From contig CM075991.1 in NCBI GenBank assembly GCA_038087875.1, positions 682,001-746,000 of the forward strand: a DNA stretch of 64,000 nucleotides. Reading direction: 5' to 3'. The position numbers and the translations under genes were made by a program. Every line of letters begins with the position of its first letter. Position 1 is the first letter of the stretch. The notes beneath the pieces were generated by a model. The model had not been told where the DNA came from, ran no database searches, and saw only the letters and a list, made by a program, of their open reading frames with translations. The DNA is from Malacoraja senta. Taxonomy: Eukaryota. This document shows positions 62,463 to 64,000 of the stretch, one piece after another.

Positions 62463-64000
62463 GTCAAGTTTAAGGTAAAACTTTTCATTTCATTAAATTG
62501 GCTCTCTTCTAATTAAGAACCTTCATATTTGACAGTTCTTTGTTACTTTCTGTAACTTTGCAAACTCCAGTGACACTGATATCTAGAATGCGCTGCCACA
62601 GGAGGTGGTGGGATCAGATATAATCACTATGTTTGATGTAAATGGGATTAGTGTAGGTGGGAAAACGGCCGGCATTGCCATGGTGGGCTGTTTCTGTGAT
62701 GCTCGACTTTGACTGTGGACACAGGGCCTTTTCACAGCAATTGGCGCGATGTTTACTATCACTCTGAAATTCAACCTCGGGTTTACTGTAGTTCATTGAA
62801 CCCTGTCGCAGTCTGTGTAACTGATATAGGACCCAAGGCAGTGAGTGTTCAATCAACATTCTGTGTCAGCTGAGATCATTACTACTGCTTTGGCTTCTAA
62901 TTCTCTCCATGGTTGGCTAATAGGGCACACTTGTTTTGCTTGCAAAAATTGTGAGTGCAGCCTCTGAGTTTAAGTTTCATTTGCATGGCAGACAATCTGT
63001 TCTTGGTTCCAAAATTATTTTCTGCAATGCTATGTTTAAATCAAGTATCAATTGGCCAGCATTCAGAAGAGTCAGAGTTTAGCAGCAGCTGTGTGGGTTG
63101 CTGGAAGCTGCACTCCTCGCCCCACAATTGACAGATTGTTTCATCTGAGGTGCTGGCTATTTATTCTGCTGAGATTTTCTTCTGCTTTTAATGTTTAATG
63201 TGGAAATTCTTCCAGGAGTTGGTAGGTAAATTACTCAGCAAAGTGAAACTGAGCTACACAGGCCAAGATGGTTCAATGTACAGTCGATGCTGATATCCCT
63301 GACCCAAGTGGATTGTAGGTATGCCAGCATTAAACTCGGTGATTGTTGGTTGGGGATGAATCGCCCAAGGTTCCCATCACCCACTGAGCACTTCCTACTA
63401 CTCTCCCGTGGGAAAATGTTTGTTGTTTATCCATAGGACAAGGGCAGATTAAGATTTCACTCTAATTATGCATACTACCCAGGAAATAGCCTAATAAATT
63501 GACATAATGTATGTTACTGATGCAAATTCTCATTGTATGACATTGAGGATTAAATTATTTTTAAGAGTGATGTTGATTTGTTGTGTGCATTGATACCCAG
63601 GCCTGGAGCACAGCTGCTCACCATTTTAACCATATAACCATTACAGCACGGAAACAGGCTATCTCGGCCCTTCAAGTCCGTGCCGAACAATTTTTTTTTT
63701 TAATTAAATTTTTTTTTTTTAATTTAAATTTTTTTTTTAGCTGTGCTTGGTCCAGTTGGTCACAAGAGAGGGGAGCACAACTCAAATCTTCTGGCGTATC
63801 ACGGAGTCAAACAGTTCAAAAACACTTCAGCCCACCAAGGCCACACTGGCCATGGCAAACATTAATAATAATCTCATTTACCTGCAATAGGTCCCAAGCC
63901 TTCCCGGCCTTACTGATTGAGATGTTTGTCTGGACGCTGCTTACATGTGAGATACCTGCCTCCACAACCTCCGCAGCAGTGTACTCCACAATCCAACCAT

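Overview
Vertebrate genomic DNA, most likely a cartilaginous fish (skate/ray-type). That assignment is inferred from HE1/V-SINE-like SINEs sharing tails with abundant CR1 LINEs; it is not confirmed. Most of the window is interspersed repeat. Two host genes are visible on the + strand: a PPP1R3C-like glycogen-targeting PP1 subunit (CpG-island non-coding exon 1, single coding exon 23358-24236, probable ~2.4 kb 3'UTR), and the first coding exon of GPAT4 (30974-31138), whose following intron apparently fills the rest of the window. A recent, internally deleted epsilon/gamma-like endogenous retrovirus lies at 6238-12933 (- strand). It has two near-identical LTRs, a 4-bp TSD, a tRNA-Leu PBS, a PPT and intact env splice signals. 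The most notable pattern is a Penelope-like (GIY-YIG) retroelement family whose 3' end carries a hammerhead-ribozyme-like core (CTGAAGA-stem-GAAAC-GTH). Related short, often palindromic, non-autonomous copies bear the same core, and several have their own 10-14 bp TSDs. Also present are a Tc1 remnant, Harbinger-type MITEs, Rex1 fragments, a G-rich 33-bp minisatellite and a 200-N gap. Coordinates were counted by eye; repeat boundaries are approximate unless a TSD is quoted.
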